Assembly (NCBI GenBank): GCA_964016885.1
Contig: OZ024740.1
Location: 265,298,001 to 265,362,000, forward strand
Source: Eledone cirrhosa
Taxonomy: Eukaryota
Direction of reading: 5' to 3'
Length of the DNA stretch: 64,000 nucleotides
Below are positions 1 through 13,249 of this stretch, piece after piece. Every line of letters begins with the position of its first letter. Positions within the stretch are counted from its first letter, which is position 1. The translations under genes and the position numbers were made by a program. The notes beneath the pieces were generated by a model. That model worked only from the letters and a program-made list of their open reading frames with translations, did no database searches and was not told the origin of the DNA.

Positions 1-1046
1 AGGTGCTAGCTATATTAGCTCCGCATACAGGTCTTGTTGGTGGTCCTATTGTCGGGTCGTCGACTGTCTTATGGTCTTTGCGGAGCCCTTACAAGTGTGG
101 TATGCCATTGTTAGACGCCTGGAAGTTGTTGGCAGTGTGTCTGCTTGGGTTTAGGATGTCGGTCCACATCATCATGTGAGCGTTGAGGATCTTCTCTCTC
201 TCCCCTCATGTGTTGTTGTGTAATTTCGCTTGTGTTGGTAATTTTGGGTTGCATAGCCTTGATGTAGTTCGGCATGCTGTCTATCGACATATTACCAGAC
301 TTATCTGTGGGTAGACACACTACCTCACCCTCCCTTGTCCACTGCTTGAGGCTAACTAAGCCTTCTACCGGTTTCCTTCCAAGTTGTTGGACCTCTGGTC
401 TGCTTTGTCTCTTAGTTTATCGGTCTACTATTTGTCTAAATTTATTGCTAGCTATGGTGAACTGTGCCTCTGTCTCGTTATCTATTTGTTGTGGTATACA
501 AACCCTTTTATTCAAGGGTAACCTCGTAGGATAAATGTTACTCATCTTATATGTTTTGTCAGCTGGATTGAAGAATAGTTTCTCTAAGGGGTTGTCATTA
601 TAGCAATTGTCATAGTTGTGTGTGTTGCTATTATTGTTATTATGGTTGTTGTTGTTACTTTTATTATTATGTTTCTTGTTTTTGTTGCTGTTGTTGTTGT
701 TGTTTTTGTTGTTGTTAATGTTGCTACTCGTATTATTCCCATTATTACCACTGTGGTTGTTGTTGTTGTGTCTGTCGTTAATGTTTCTATTATTATTATT
801 GTAGTTGTTGTTGTTGTTCTGTCTATCGTTCATATTATTACCATTATTATTAATACTATTTCTCACTCTCCTGCTTTTGTTATTGTTATGACTATTACTA
901 TTATAGCTGTTATTTCTATACTCAGAGTTATTGTTTATATTACTATTATCGTTATTATTATTGTTGTTGTCCGTATAGTTGTTGTTGTTTATTTTCTCAT
1001 TGCAACGTATTTCAGCGAAACACTTTTCCAGCTCCGTTTTACACTC
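1..1046 (-). mobile_element. Penelope-like element, N-terminal/RT-entry region (probably Naiad-like), disrupted; continues beyond the window start
   Basis: Minus-strand translation gives CLPTDKSGNMS and, over 1-110, GIPHL*GLRKDHK...GPPTRPVCGA. These correspond to the PLE DKG and P-LYGLPK-HK...RP motifs. An Asn-rich (AAC)n region lies at 620-990. Stops and frameshifts are present. Confidence 0.8.
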
Positions 1047-1108
1047 GAGTGTAAAACGGAGCTGGAAAAGTGTTTCACTAAAATACGTTGGAATGAGAAA
1101 ATAAACAA
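985..1108. repeat. Spacerless palindrome (62-bp arms) capping the 5' end of the PLE
   Basis: ...ccagctccgttttacactc|gagtgtaaaacggagctgg..., centre between 1046 and 1047, about 3 mismatches. Confidence 0.95.
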
Positions 1109-1446
1109 ATGTGAAATAGAAGTAATATAATAGAAATAACAGCTAAAATAGTAAAAGTCATAAGAATAGTATTTCTACATTGAAATCTAGCACATCGGCA
1201 AAACGAGTGGATAAAATGAATACCAGACGTGATAAAATAATACTGGTGATGACAGGAACGACTTTAAGGCTGTGTTAAGGCATGGGCACAGTCTAATGGC
1301 TGAAACAATGAAACAATATATATATGTACTATGTAAGAACATATATATATTATTTTAAAGCTTTATAATTAAGGCCCTGTTACAGCTCGGTCGCAGTCCA
1401 ATGGCTGAAACGATTAAAAGAATAAAAGAAGGTAACATTATATATG

Positions 1447-1724
<278 letters not shown>

Positions 1725-1997
1725 GTATGATAAGTATTTCCGAAGAAAAACCAGAAGAAGAAAGAGTGCTCTATGTATAATACAGAGCTATTTAACTAGA
1801 AAGCGAACAACACAGTATATAACCAAAGGTTTCAGGAACCTAGACATATGTAATAAGATGTGTTGAAACAGATATTGTTAAACTTTAGGAAGATCATGCT
1901 GTCAATAAAAACACACGTACCTGTTTTTTTTTTTCATTTCAATTTATTAAATATTTTTGGTTGATTGGTTGTTTGGTTGGTTCGATAACCAGATGGT

Positions 1998-2250
1998 TGT
2001 TTATATATTGTCAAAGCTCTTTCGTCACACATTCGGTGACCTTCTCTGTGACTAGATGGTGTAGGACAGAACAAAGGTGAGACGCAAAACAAAAACCTAG
2101 TCACTGAAGAGGTCACAGAATGTGTGAGGAAAGAGCTTTGACAAAATATAAACAGAGAAATGTACAGTAAATTGAAGTGAAATCAGTAGATGCGTGTGTT
2201 TCTATTGGCAACATGACCTTCCCAAAGTATAACACAATAAATAAATATAT
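1998..2250. mobile_element. PLE pLTR fragments in head-to-head inverted arrangement, ending at (TA)n
   Basis: 1998-2055 is the reverse complement of 2097-2154. Both are homologous to the pLTR copy at about 4080-4370. Confidence 0.8.
2100..2142 (+). ncRNA. Minimal type I hammerhead ribozyme
   Basis: gtca-CTGAAGA-ggtcac agaat gtgtgag-GAAA-gagc-TT-tgac, with stem I gtca/tgac. A core-mutated inverted copy lies at about 2010-2052. Confidence 0.75.
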
Positions 2251-2622
2251 ATATATATATATTTATGGGAGAGGATGTATGTACGTGCGTATATATATAT
2301 ATATATATATATCGTTTTATTGTCTTATACATAGAGAGAATGAGAGAGAGAGAATGAGACGGAGGGAGAGAGAGAGAGTGAGAGAGAGAGAGAGCGAGAG
2401 AGAGAGAGAGACCGGAGATTCCTTTTAAAGCCAATTTTGTTGTGTATTAAAACAGTTTCTTTTATCCCGTTTATTCTTCGGTATCTCTATCGGAATACAT
2501 TGTTCTTCTTATTTCTTGTGGGGTTCTTTTAGATTTCTATAGAAAGCATGCGTATTTCCTTTCCGCTCCTACATGCCAGAGGCAGACCTATATAGAAATG
2601 AAATTTCCTCAGTCTTTTCGGT

Positions 2623-2696
<74 letters not shown>

Positions 2697-2758
2697 GTGT
2701 ATATATACATTATATACATATATACATACATATAAATATATATATGCATATATATATA

Positions 2759-2823
<65 letters not shown>

Positions 2824-3815
2824 TTATATACACACAAACTCTCTCTCACACACACACACATATTTATTTATATATACATGTATGTATGTACATATCTATG
2901 TGTGTGTAACTGAAATTCTCATGATATATCTTTAGGTGTTTGCTGTGCGAAATTCAACTTCAAAAACATTTGATAACATTACATATTATTGACGATTTCG
3001 TCAGAATAGCTTCAAATTGGTGTTTAGTACATAACGTAGCAAAGGTGAACAATATATTTGGCACATTGTGAATTAGATTAAGGAAGTAACTAGAGGTTAA
3101 AACTAAAGTCAAAATCAAAGTGGATGAATCGATCCTATTGGTTAAAACGTACAGCCGAAGGCAACCAAATTTATTGAGATCAAAAGGAGAAAGACACGTT
3201 ACACATCATAATGTCCACTGACTACCCTCTTCGTATCAAATGACAGGATATTGGCTATGTAACTAGCCTAAAGCATATCTATTGATATTGCTTGCAGAGA
3301 AATAAGATCTAAAGATTCAAGAATGTTACTGAATCAATACTCTTCGCTAAAAATAATAAAACATGAATAGGTTCCTAACAGTGAAACAAACAATGACTGC
3401 AGAATTCTAAAGGCTAAGGCTAAAGTTTAAATATATAGATTACTTTGATAGAGTGGAGGTATATAATGATTTCTTAACACATACTAGGGAAATTGTTTTA
3501 TTTCAGAAATTCCTTTACATTATTAAAGTTATTATTTCGATTTGTATATATAGTGATAGTTGGTGAATGATGTAATACATTGCTTTCTCACATGCCACTA
3601 AATTACCTAACAATACACAAGCCCACTGGATATATAAGTTATAGGTACATACATATTCATGTGTAAGAAATTTGAATTACTCGAACGAAATCTCACACGC
3701 CTGAGCATAGTTTGTATATATGACTAGGTGAACGTAAACTGCTACGCAATTATGCACATGTACCTCTAAGCACTGATAAAAAAAATTGCTTACTACACAC
3801 GCACTCACTCTCTCA

Positions 3816-3876
<61 letters not shown>

Positions 3877-3877
<1 letters not shown>

Positions 3878-4040
3878 CGATATTAATAAATGGAAACTAT
3901 ATTTATAAAACCATATTTAATAAATATAGTTTCCATTTATCAATATCGTATATCTACTCCAAATATTTGTCGAGTGCTTTATATCAGTTATAAAAATATT
4001 TACTTGTTGTATCCCAACAATTTTAAATAGAACTTTTGCA
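3877..4040. mobile_element. Family A non-autonomous fold-back element, collapsed centre
   Basis: It has the same short-arm start (tacgatatt) and the same ~90-nt tail as 4960-5420, with the palindrome centre missing. Flanked by (TA)n on both sides. Confidence 0.85.
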
Positions 4041-4279
4041 TATATATATATATATATATATATATTTCGTTTCTGAATTTGTTTAGCAAGATTCTTTATC
4101 TGAAATCGTGTGTTGAAACCGATATTGTTATGCTTTGGGAGGGTCATGTTGCCAATAAGAAACACACACACCAGTTGCTTTCACTTCAATTTATTATAAT
4201 AAATTTATAAATTTAGGAATTTATAAATTTCTGGTTGGTTGGTTGGTTGGTTCCACAACGAGATAGTTGTTTATATATT

Positions 4280-4322
4280 GTCAAAGTTCTTTCGTCACAC
4301 ATTCTGTGACCTCTTCAGTGAC
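4280..4322 (-). ncRNA. Minimal type I hammerhead ribozyme in PLE pLTR (~4060-4480)
   Basis: Reverse complement reads gtca-CTGAAGA-ggtcac agaat gtgtgac-GAAA-gaac-TT-tgac, with an intact core. Confidence 0.8.
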
Positions 4323-4897
4323 TGGGGATTCTTTTCTTTGTTTTTGTGTCTCTCCTTTGTTCTGTCCTACGCAATTTTGTTTCTGTGTGTGTGTTGTGTG
4401 CCCAACAACTGACACACAGACGCACACACACTCACACAAACACACACACTGAAGTATATATACATACACAGCTCTGTACATCCAATCTTATACCTACATA
4501 TATACATACTTATCCTCTTATCTTCTTACGAACAAATAACCAAAACACACATACACACACTCACTCTCTCTCTCCCTCTCTCACACACACACGCGCACAC
4601 ACACGCGCACACACACGTATACGCACGCGCACACACACGCGCACACACACGTATACGCACGCGCACACGCATACCTCTATATACAGATATACAAAACGGC
4701 CTTTTCCTTTTCAGGCAGAGGCACTTGATCACCATGTTTTAAAATATTGCCTTACACAAAACACCACCATCAACAGTTTTCCTAGACCTGTTTTGTCTCC
4801 ACCTAAACCCCCAATTTATTTTCGTTTCTACCACTGCCCATATCCTCAGTCTTCCTACTTCTTCTTTACTTGTTCATTCTATTTTCTGATGAAGGAC

Positions 4898-4959
<62 letters not shown>

Positions 4960-4962
<3 letters not shown>

Positions 4963-5415
4963 GATATTAAATAAATGGAAACTATATTTATAAAACCATA
5001 TTTATTTCATCATATATATTTCAGGGATATCATATTAACAATATGTTATGCCTTCTTCAGACAAAATACAATATAGACAGTTTTATAAATAAATAGATTT
5101 GACATACCGTTCAACATCGACTTGTATTTGAAAAGTTGATCTGCCAAATCAACTTTACAAATACAAGTCGATGTTGAACGGTATGTCAAATCTATTTATT
5201 TATAAAACTGTCTATATTGTATTTTGTCTGAAGAAGGCATAACATATTGTTAATATGATATCCCTGAAATATATATGATGAAATAAATATGGTTTTATAA
5301 ATATAGTTTCCATTTATTTAATATCGTAAATATACTCCAAATACTTGTTGAGTGCTTTTTATATCAGTTATAAATATTTACTAGTTGTAACCCAACAATT
5401 TAAATATAACTTTCC

Positions 5416-5420
<5 letters not shown>
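4960..5420. mobile_element. Family A fold-back element: ~180-bp near-perfect inverted arms plus ~90-nt tail, in (TA)n
   Basis: Arms 4960-5140 and 5148-5328, 7-nt spacer ctgccaa. Each arm has an HHR-like core (CTGAAGA-agg...cct-GAAA-tata-TA at about 5228-5275), though stem I is weak. Confidence 0.9.
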
Positions 5421-5468
<48 letters not shown>

Positions 5469-5668
5469 TTTACATATATATATACATACACATACATATA
5501 CGTGTTTTGCAACCGGTCACTTTGTGGCTCAATGAAAAATTAATAAATTAAACAATCAGAGCTATATATCATAAAACTTGACCGCGACTACGTCACGATT
5601 TTTAGCTATTTTGAAATGAATTCTTGGCGCGATCGTTTTGGAAAATTTAATGTCTAGATATGAGCGAG

Positions 5669-5754
5669 CTTCCTGAAGAATCCGGCGCTCGAGTTTATAT
5701 AATTATTACATAATTATTGGAAAACTCAAAACACGGACGAAACCATGGTAGAGG
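5669..5754 (+). ncRNA. Type I hammerhead ribozyme with extended stem II, in a non-coding element (~5500-6022) between (TA)n arrays
   Basis: cttc-CTGAAGA-atccg...cggac-GAAAC-catg-GTA-gagg. Palindromic stem III accatggt, GUA triplet, stem II extension gagttt/aaactc. Confidence 0.85.
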
Positions 5755-6021
5755 TGTTTAAATGTATTCTATTTTCTTCTAGTTTATTTTAAACCTAATT
5801 CTGCTTAGTTGACTGTATCTAGGCGATTACGCTGTCGAAATATTCGATAAATATTCCACTACGGCCGACACGAAGCGGTAGTTTTGCTTATTTGTCGGAG
5901 ATTCCTTCATAGAAGCCTCATTCTTATAGCCTGGTCTATTCGATTTTTTATATAGTTAATTATGCTAATTGGGAGAGGAAATAGTATATATTTTATCTTG
6001 TGGTTCTATAGACATGTTTTA

Positions 6022-6094
<73 letters not shown>

Positions 6095-6370
6095 CATATA
6101 TACAAGGTTCGGAATTAAAGTATTCCGCAGGATCCTATGGGCTGTTACACCACACATTTCTGTGGTAAAACGAACTAAATTCGTGTCAGCAAGCTTATAG
6201 TTATACGTTAGTAATTTAAAACACTACTTCAGAGATTTGATTCTGACTTAGTTTTTTTTTTCTATTTAATTGCTATTTTTCTCCATACAGTAACGGTTAA
6301 ACTCACATGTAATATTTTTTACGCACTTCTCACTGTGTAACACACTTCTCTCTGTGTAATATATTTGTAT

Positions 6371-6432
<62 letters not shown>

Positions 6433-6479
6433 TGTTATGTGGTTCACTAATCGGTAGAAATGGTCATTGCGGTTGGTAA

Positions 6480-7500
6480 CCCATCCTTCATTAGTAAGAA
6501 CAGCACTCTACGTTATGCAACACTTCCATCATGGGTGTGAATCCCGTGGGTTATGCAAGAATGGAGTTAAATATTTATTTAAAACAACAGAAGGCTGGAG
6601 AGGAAATATCGTTTTAAAGTTTAACGTTACAAGAAACACTATAGGTATTTCAATGACCAAGTTACATCATCAGCTCATGATGCAAGACGTTGGTGACCTC
6701 GTCAGTTGCGAATTGCATTATTAGTTAAACAAGCAAAAAAAAAAGATTACGGAAAACACAAACAGAGAACATACTTGATCCAAAGATAGCTCACGAAATT
6801 CGGTGTTATTTTTGAAAAGCTCCTTTAGACAAGCAGAAATCATAAGCAGGGACAGCCGGGGCATGGGAATTTCCATTTGCTTGACACTTAATGTCAAGGA
6901 TCTGAAGTTAGTGAACTCCTTCACAAAGGTGAGTCCTTCTGTATCCTTGGATGATGAAATCGTTAATCCACCGAAGCAGCTGACGTTCTTGGTAACTTAT
7001 ATCATCGTCTATGGGATGCCAGATGTGTATTCCTGAAAACGAAAGTTGCAGTTTATCATGCAGTGGGATTGACAATACTTTTATGCGGCTTGGAATCACG
7101 GACACTTCACTGCCCCCGGTTTGATATCTTTCACAAATATCTTCACCCTATCTCTGTTTATGCACTTTCTGACAGCGTCTCCAATACCAATACCAGGTGC
7201 AACATCAGGTTGATTTCTGATGCAATGCCAGCTTTGTTGGGGATGTTCATGTATACGAATCACTAAGGAACGCAACCCAAGGTACTGTTATAGGTTCAAA
7301 TTCATAATGGTGCACTTAATGTAAGCAGACATTACTCAGATATAAACAAACTGGAATACAATCTTAAGTCTTTGAACATGTTTCTTACTTATTTTGAAGC
7401 CCTAACTGTTATTCATCGAAAATGGAGAACTGTCTACCATGAAGGTATAAAGAACTTTGAAAAATCTCGTCTTCGTGATATATGATCTAACACCAAGATG
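6480..7500 (+). mobile_element. Decayed RTE-clade LINE, RT C-terminal part
   Basis: Across frames: LKLVNSFT, SLDDEIVN, AADVLGNLYHRLWDARCVFLKTKVAVYHAVGLTILLCGLESRTLH, DSVSNT, PKVLL. Confidence 0.75.
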
Positions 7501-7902
7501 CGACAAAATTTTCATTCTACCTCGCAAAAAATCCTACAATCTGCACTAAATGCGGCGTGGTGTGTAAATCAGCAGCTGCTGTGAGCTGCCATTTAGGGAA
7601 TAACCATACAAAAATGAACAGAGATGTTTGTTGAACCCTCATCGACGAAATACGATGGGAGAATCCATAATAAGTATATATATATTTCACATACATAGAA
7701 ATAGTCACCTACATACACACCTGTAGTCACACTCACACACACACTGATCCGATACATACGTGATAATACATACCTACACACAATCGAACGCACTAACATA
7801 CATACATACAAACAACAGAAGAAAGCCCCACAAGCACACACGGACACACGCACGCATACACTTACACGCACACACATGTACAACAAAGCTAAGAACTCAT
7901 AT

Positions 7903-7967
<65 letters not shown>

Positions 7968-8244
7968 CACACACCATTGTGCACACAACAAATATATAAG
8001 ACTCTGAGACACCCATGTGATCACACTCCCCCACATACTTAAGCAACGCACATGTACCAATTTCAATCCTCCGGCACACTAACAAAAGCACACACTTGAC
8101 ACCCCTGTACTCTCCAATTTGGCCCCTACCCCGAAGGCCGGACCTTTCCCCTACTATCCCCTTCCTGTCAATCTCCTCGCTACAACATTTTACTAACTTT
8201 CACACAATACGTTTATACATCTTCCTGTTCTCTTCTTATCCGCA

Positions 8245-8282
8245 TCTTTCTGATGAAAGCCTTCTGTCCAAAACGTCGAGCA
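8245..8282 (+). ncRNA. Degenerate hammerhead motif in a pLTR-like segment (~8090-8370)
   Basis: cttt-CTGATGA-aagccttctgtcc-AAAAC-GTC-gag. GAAA is mutated and stem II is poor. Confidence 0.45.
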
Positions 8283-8414
8283 CTCGTCCATTTCCTCCAA
8301 GCGTGAACCTTATATAACTGTGTATTTTTGCATTCCTGTGTATTTGTTTCCTTTATTAACTATATGTTTAGGTAATGTTATTAAACATTATGTAATCGGC
8401 GAAGAGCATTTCCA

Positions 8415-8481
<67 letters not shown>

Positions 8482-8655
8482 CAAAGGATAAATACAGAAA
8501 ATATAAGGTAGTCTGTAGTAAAAAAAAATATAAATAAAATAAGACAATGGGAGTAAACAAAACAAACCGTTAGGTGGTCTTGGTAAAGATTGTGGAATGC
8601 AAACTGAAATTTGTGTGTATAAGTGTCGATATTATTTGTGCGTGTATGTGTATAT

Positions 8656-8883
8656 TTAACCCTTTAGCATTCACATTACTCTATATATACTATTATGTTT
8701 TCATGGTAAAGGCTTTACCTCACATAATCATCTCACATAATATCGAATCTATGAGATTTTGAAAGTATTTATTTTGAGAACAATACCTTAACATCAATTT
8801 GAGCGACCAGTTACAGACAGTTTCAACAGAAAGAGGTAGAGAATTCTGGCCGGTTTTGGCCGGTTTGAACATTAAAGGGTTAA
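8656..8883. mobile_element. piggyBac-type MITE with TTAA target duplication
   Basis: ttaa|ccctttagcattca ... tgaacattaaaggg|ttaa terminal inverted repeats around ~220 non-coding bp. Confidence 0.75.
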
Positions 8884-9093
8884 ACGTGTATGTTTTTTAA
8901 AGGTTTATTCCATAAAGTATCAATGTTTGTGTATGTATGCGAGTATCCGTGTGGTGCGTAATTCTGGTCTTTTATGTGTGAGTGAATGTAAGTTTGAATG
9001 TGTTTACTGTATATGTGCGTTGAAGTTTATATTGTGTACGTGTAAATTATCTATGATACACACACACACACACAAACACACATACATGCATAC

Positions 9094-9127
<34 letters not shown>

Positions 9128-9599
9128 ATGAGTGTATCTATATATATATATTATATATATATATATATACTCATTTTTTTTTGGGGGGGGGGTTATATAT
9201 AGTACTGTTGTAATATATATTGTTTCGTATATTGTATAAAATAGTGAGAAAGTAATTGGAAGGAGAAACATATATTTTCTGACAGTATAGATGCTTAGCT
9301 AGTAAGATCTATATGAGTTATCTATAACTATTAAAAGTTCTTAGATGCACTGATGAAATACTTATGAAAAACTATTCATTTATAATCCGTCTCCGATTTC
9401 AACTTGTAGTGGCTGATGTAAAACTAAATTAATATATATCTAAAATTTTAGACGATTAACTCATTCGTGGACATAAAGCACGCGCATGTACAAAAATAAA
9501 TATATAAATAAAGAAATGAATAAATAAATTAGTAAACAGAACATTAAGCACATAAAAACTAATTATGTATATGTTGTGTTTTATTGAATCATTTGATGT

Positions 9600-9955
9600 G
9601 GATCGGCAGTATCGGTACAGTGTCGGACAACATACTTTGCGGCATACAGTTACGGCTCTTAACTTTCTGGGTTCATGTCTCACCGAGGTTAGCTTTGCCT
9701 ACGCATTGGGGTCGATTTAATCGACTTTTCCCCCTCTGCCCCCAACATTGATGACTGTGTGCCTAAATCGGAAACCAGCAGTATCGGTAGAGTTTCGGAC
9801 GCTATGCTCTGCAGCATAGAGTTACGGCCTTTGCGGTCTGAATTCAAATCCCACCGAGGTTAACTTTGCCTTTCATCCTTACGGGGTCGATAAGATAAAG
9901 CACCAGTAATGCACTCGGATAATTTCTGGCCTTGTGCCAAAAGTAGAAACAATTA
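9600..9955 (+). mobile_element. Two tandem SINE copies
   Basis: ggcagtatcggta(c/g)ag head, B-box-like ttcaaatccc, and the shared core. Confidence 0.8.
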
Positions 9956-9974
9956 TTTTATGTATTTCCATTTC

Positions 9975-10680
9975 TTGTCAGGTTTTGAACAAAACGATCA
10001 ATTGTCTCTTTGGATAGACCCGCCAACGACGAGGATTTGATATCTACCACTTTGGAGGCCACTGACATATATATTATTTGAAACCACTATGCTTTCGATG
10101 AAAAAGGTTCCGTTTGCAACGATACAACTATACAGCTGTTTGTGCTTTCCTATACGTTTTGAAGAAATCTCTCAATAAGTAGTTTTGAATAGCTCCTGAT
10201 TTTTGTGCTACATTATTGAAGTAATAATAGAGCTGAACTGATTGCAGTATTATATTTGTAGCAAACGATATTGTGTAAGAATATAAATTTCGTAATAGTC
10301 TGAGTTCTTTGATCTCTCAATATTGCACTATCTTTTAAATGTTTATTCATATGATTGAATGTATTTTCTGGTATATTTTCCGCATGAGAGAAATTAGTTG
10401 AGATTCTCTCTTATTAATGAATGCACCCATTGCAGGTTCAAAGTTATCTATTTGGCCATGAGACTCGTTGATATGTTTAAAAGAAACGCAAAACGTATCA
10501 GCTAGGTCTGTAATGCACATAGTTTGAGCCTTGTACATTTAACAAATTCTTTGTGAACTATTACTGTGGCATTCAAGTATCCACAGAAATGTGAAAATAT
10601 CAGCAGGAAGTCATTCCAAAACTAAATATCAGACTAAATTATCTTATCGTCTCGACAATTCTTTCTGTTGGATTCTGACC
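9975..10680 (-). pseudogene. Decayed hAT (Charlie/Buster-like) transposase C-terminus
   Basis: Minus-strand fragments CGYLNA, ITDLADT, YRCK..FS and VVDIKS loosely match the hAT dimerisation region. Heavily disrupted. Confidence 0.4.
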
Positions 10681-12734
10681 CTGATTCTAATTCTGAAAAT
10701 GTTTGGTGATATACAACATTCAATTCCACATTGAATTCATTTCACCGAACTTGACTCTATCGGATTCCAATAAAACAGGAAACGATTTTTTTTACTACAC
10801 AATCGTAATAATGCGGTTGTGTTCTGTTTGTTGAAAGGGCGCTTTCAATAAATAGTTCGTATCTGAATTGATTGGTCTGATATAAAACTCTCAAACCATA
10901 CATACACATGCATACACATACACCCATTCACAGAAACACACATATACATACATACATACTCACATACATATAGACATACATACTTGCATACATATATGCA
11001 TACATGCATTCATACATGCATACATACATACACACACACCAACGCACATGCATAGACGCATACATACGTACATATCTATTATATATTTCTTATATTCTTT
11101 GCATTGCATTAATTTTTTATTGAATAAAATATATAAAAATATATGGTAAATTGTAAAAAAAATAATAAATAATAAAGAACAACTTTCCTACTGTATTTCG
11201 TTGAGATCATTCATTGTTCTATTTTCCCATTATGTAAAGTGAAAATAATGTTAAATGCCGAGATATTGAACGCTGTTCTTTCGCATTCACACGTAAAACA
11301 TTTTAAGATGTGCAAGCACTCATTTATCGTAACAACCGATATTACTAACCATAAGCTTTTTTCTGTTTTTTTTCTTATCACATTTAACAATGACGTTAGA
11401 GAAAGTCTTTATAATTTGTCATGTATTATGACTACTTTGGACTTTTTTAATTAACCAATTCATAACTGCTTTATTAGATTTCCCCAACTCTCTGAACAAT
11501 TGGTAAGGCCTAAACATCATTGATCTTTACCAATTAGTTCGGATGAAAGTGATTAGCTGTACTGTCTTCGATTCAACCGAGTTTTTCTTTAATCATGATC
11601 TTCTACCTCTATTAGGATACATTTTGCTTTATAATCTTCTTACTTCTGCCAGTTTGTCGCCTTCTCCATTTATGTTACTATTTCTTTCTCTATTTTAGTG
11701 TTGTTTTTAGCTATATAATTTTATCTTTTCTGTTAGCTATGAGAAAACATTTGTATTATGTTCCCACAGTGAATTCCTTTCCGTATAAGCTTCATTGCAC
11801 TAAATTATACTTATTTTTCATACTCTTAATCGTAATAGCAGCACCAAGAACGGTAGCCCGAACAGTAACAATAAAAAGAAAAGCAATTTCTACTTTCATT
11901 TTTATTTAGTCCAATTATATTCTTTGTCACATAGCTTGTTATTAGTCATCCAAAGGAAATATGTTCTCTGTAATGCAATCTGTATAATCAGTAAAAATAA
12001 TTTAGAAAGAGCAACTTTTCTGTAGATAACATATATGGACAGTAAATAGAATATTCATCTGAGAATGAAGATATTCCTATAGAAGGAAATAGGATTTGAT
12101 TGTCGTAAGATTAATTCTAAAAGAATATTCTGTAATATATTTATTTTCCTTTTGGAATTCCCACTTTCCATGACCAAATGAAAATTGAAAATGTTATATG
12201 TTTAAGCCGAGTAATTCTATTCCCTACATAGTATTAATGCATGAAAAACATATGCAATATCAAATAGTTACGCAGGATTTGAGTGCATGGTGTATTAAGG
12301 TAACTGCGGCTTCTTCTTATATTTACATTAGTTTTTAGCTATGTAAAGATGTGGTTAGACATATATAGTGTTCTATAATAACAGACATCTACATAATAGA
12401 TGTTATAATCATATTCGTTAAATCTGCTTCACTGTTTTATGATGCAAATGAATTAACAATACCCTAACTCGGTGTAGTCGTATGAATAATATATAAAAGT
12501 AATTAGAAGATATATTCAAATAAATAAGAAAACTTTATGAAGTGACAATCAATACATCTTTAGAAAAAGTCATGGTAACCACTACCATGGAGTCTTAATA
12601 TCACACTTAAACACTATAATTTCAGAAATAGTAGAATGTAGATCTAAGCAACCGCAGTTCTGATTTCAAATCATACTCGGGTAGTGTTTGCCATTCAAAC
12701 CAACATCAAATTGATTATACCTATCGATTTGGGA

Positions 12735-12850
12735 AGGCGTGTAGCTTAGTGACCAGTGTATATGATTCGCAATTGTGATGATGCGAGTTTGCTTCCTTGA
12801 CCGGGTGATAATTTATGTGCTTTAGCAAGACACTTTATTTGATGTTGCTC
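12735..12850 (+). mobile_element. Second tRNA-derived SINE type, decayed
   Basis: ggcgtgtagcttagtg A-box-like head and agcaagacactttatt. Related to 20705-20940 (+) and 24160-24405 (-). Confidence 0.55.
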
Positions 12851-13010
12851 TTTCTACCTGCTAGATAGTATCAGCACTGAAATGACCAATGCAAACACTG
12901 TTTTCTTGGTCCCTGAACGAATCAGGTCTGGGATCTCGTTGACCAATTCCTATATCCTATATATTACAAATATAAAACAATATTTTCAATGTAAATAAAC
13001 TTAGTTTACC

Positions 13011-13055
13011 AGTCCTCCTTTGAGCTGATCGATCGCGAAACGCGCGTCAGATGGA
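13011..13055 (+). ncRNA. Hammerhead 3' half (decayed)
   Basis: gc-GAAAC-gcgc-GTC-agatgg with palindromic stem III. The CTGANGA half is not recognisable. Confidence 0.45.
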
Positions 13056-13112
13056 AATAAACATAATGAATCTACATTGATACCTCGTTCACAATTATTA
13101 TCATTATTATTG

Positions 13113-13246
13113 GCCATTTACGTTCTGAGTTCAAATCCCGCCGAGGTTATCTTTGCCTTTCATCCTTACAGGGTCGATAAATAAAGCACTTGGGTCGATT
13201 ATATCGATGTTCCCCTTTTCTTCAAATTGTTTGCCTTGTACCTAAA
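13113..13246 (+). mobile_element. SINE (main family)
   Basis: B-box plus shared core. Confidence 0.8.
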
Positions 13247-13249
13247 GAC

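Noticed and set aside
417-1130. Poly-Asn ORF and hydrophobic plus-strand ORFs (616-804, 618-1130)
   Set aside because: Low-complexity (AAC/AAT)n inside a PLE. The plus-strand membrane-like ORFs are antisense shadows.
4960-5328. Reading the palindromes as MITEs or miRNA precursors
   Set aside because: The inverted arms are not terminal (there is a one-sided tail), they contain HHR cores, and they share their architecture with PLE ends. Hairpin RNA production remains possible but is unsupported here.
6430-7270. Helitron helicase on the minus strand (KAGIASE)
   Set aside because: The plus strand gives a much better colinear match to RTE reverse transcriptase.
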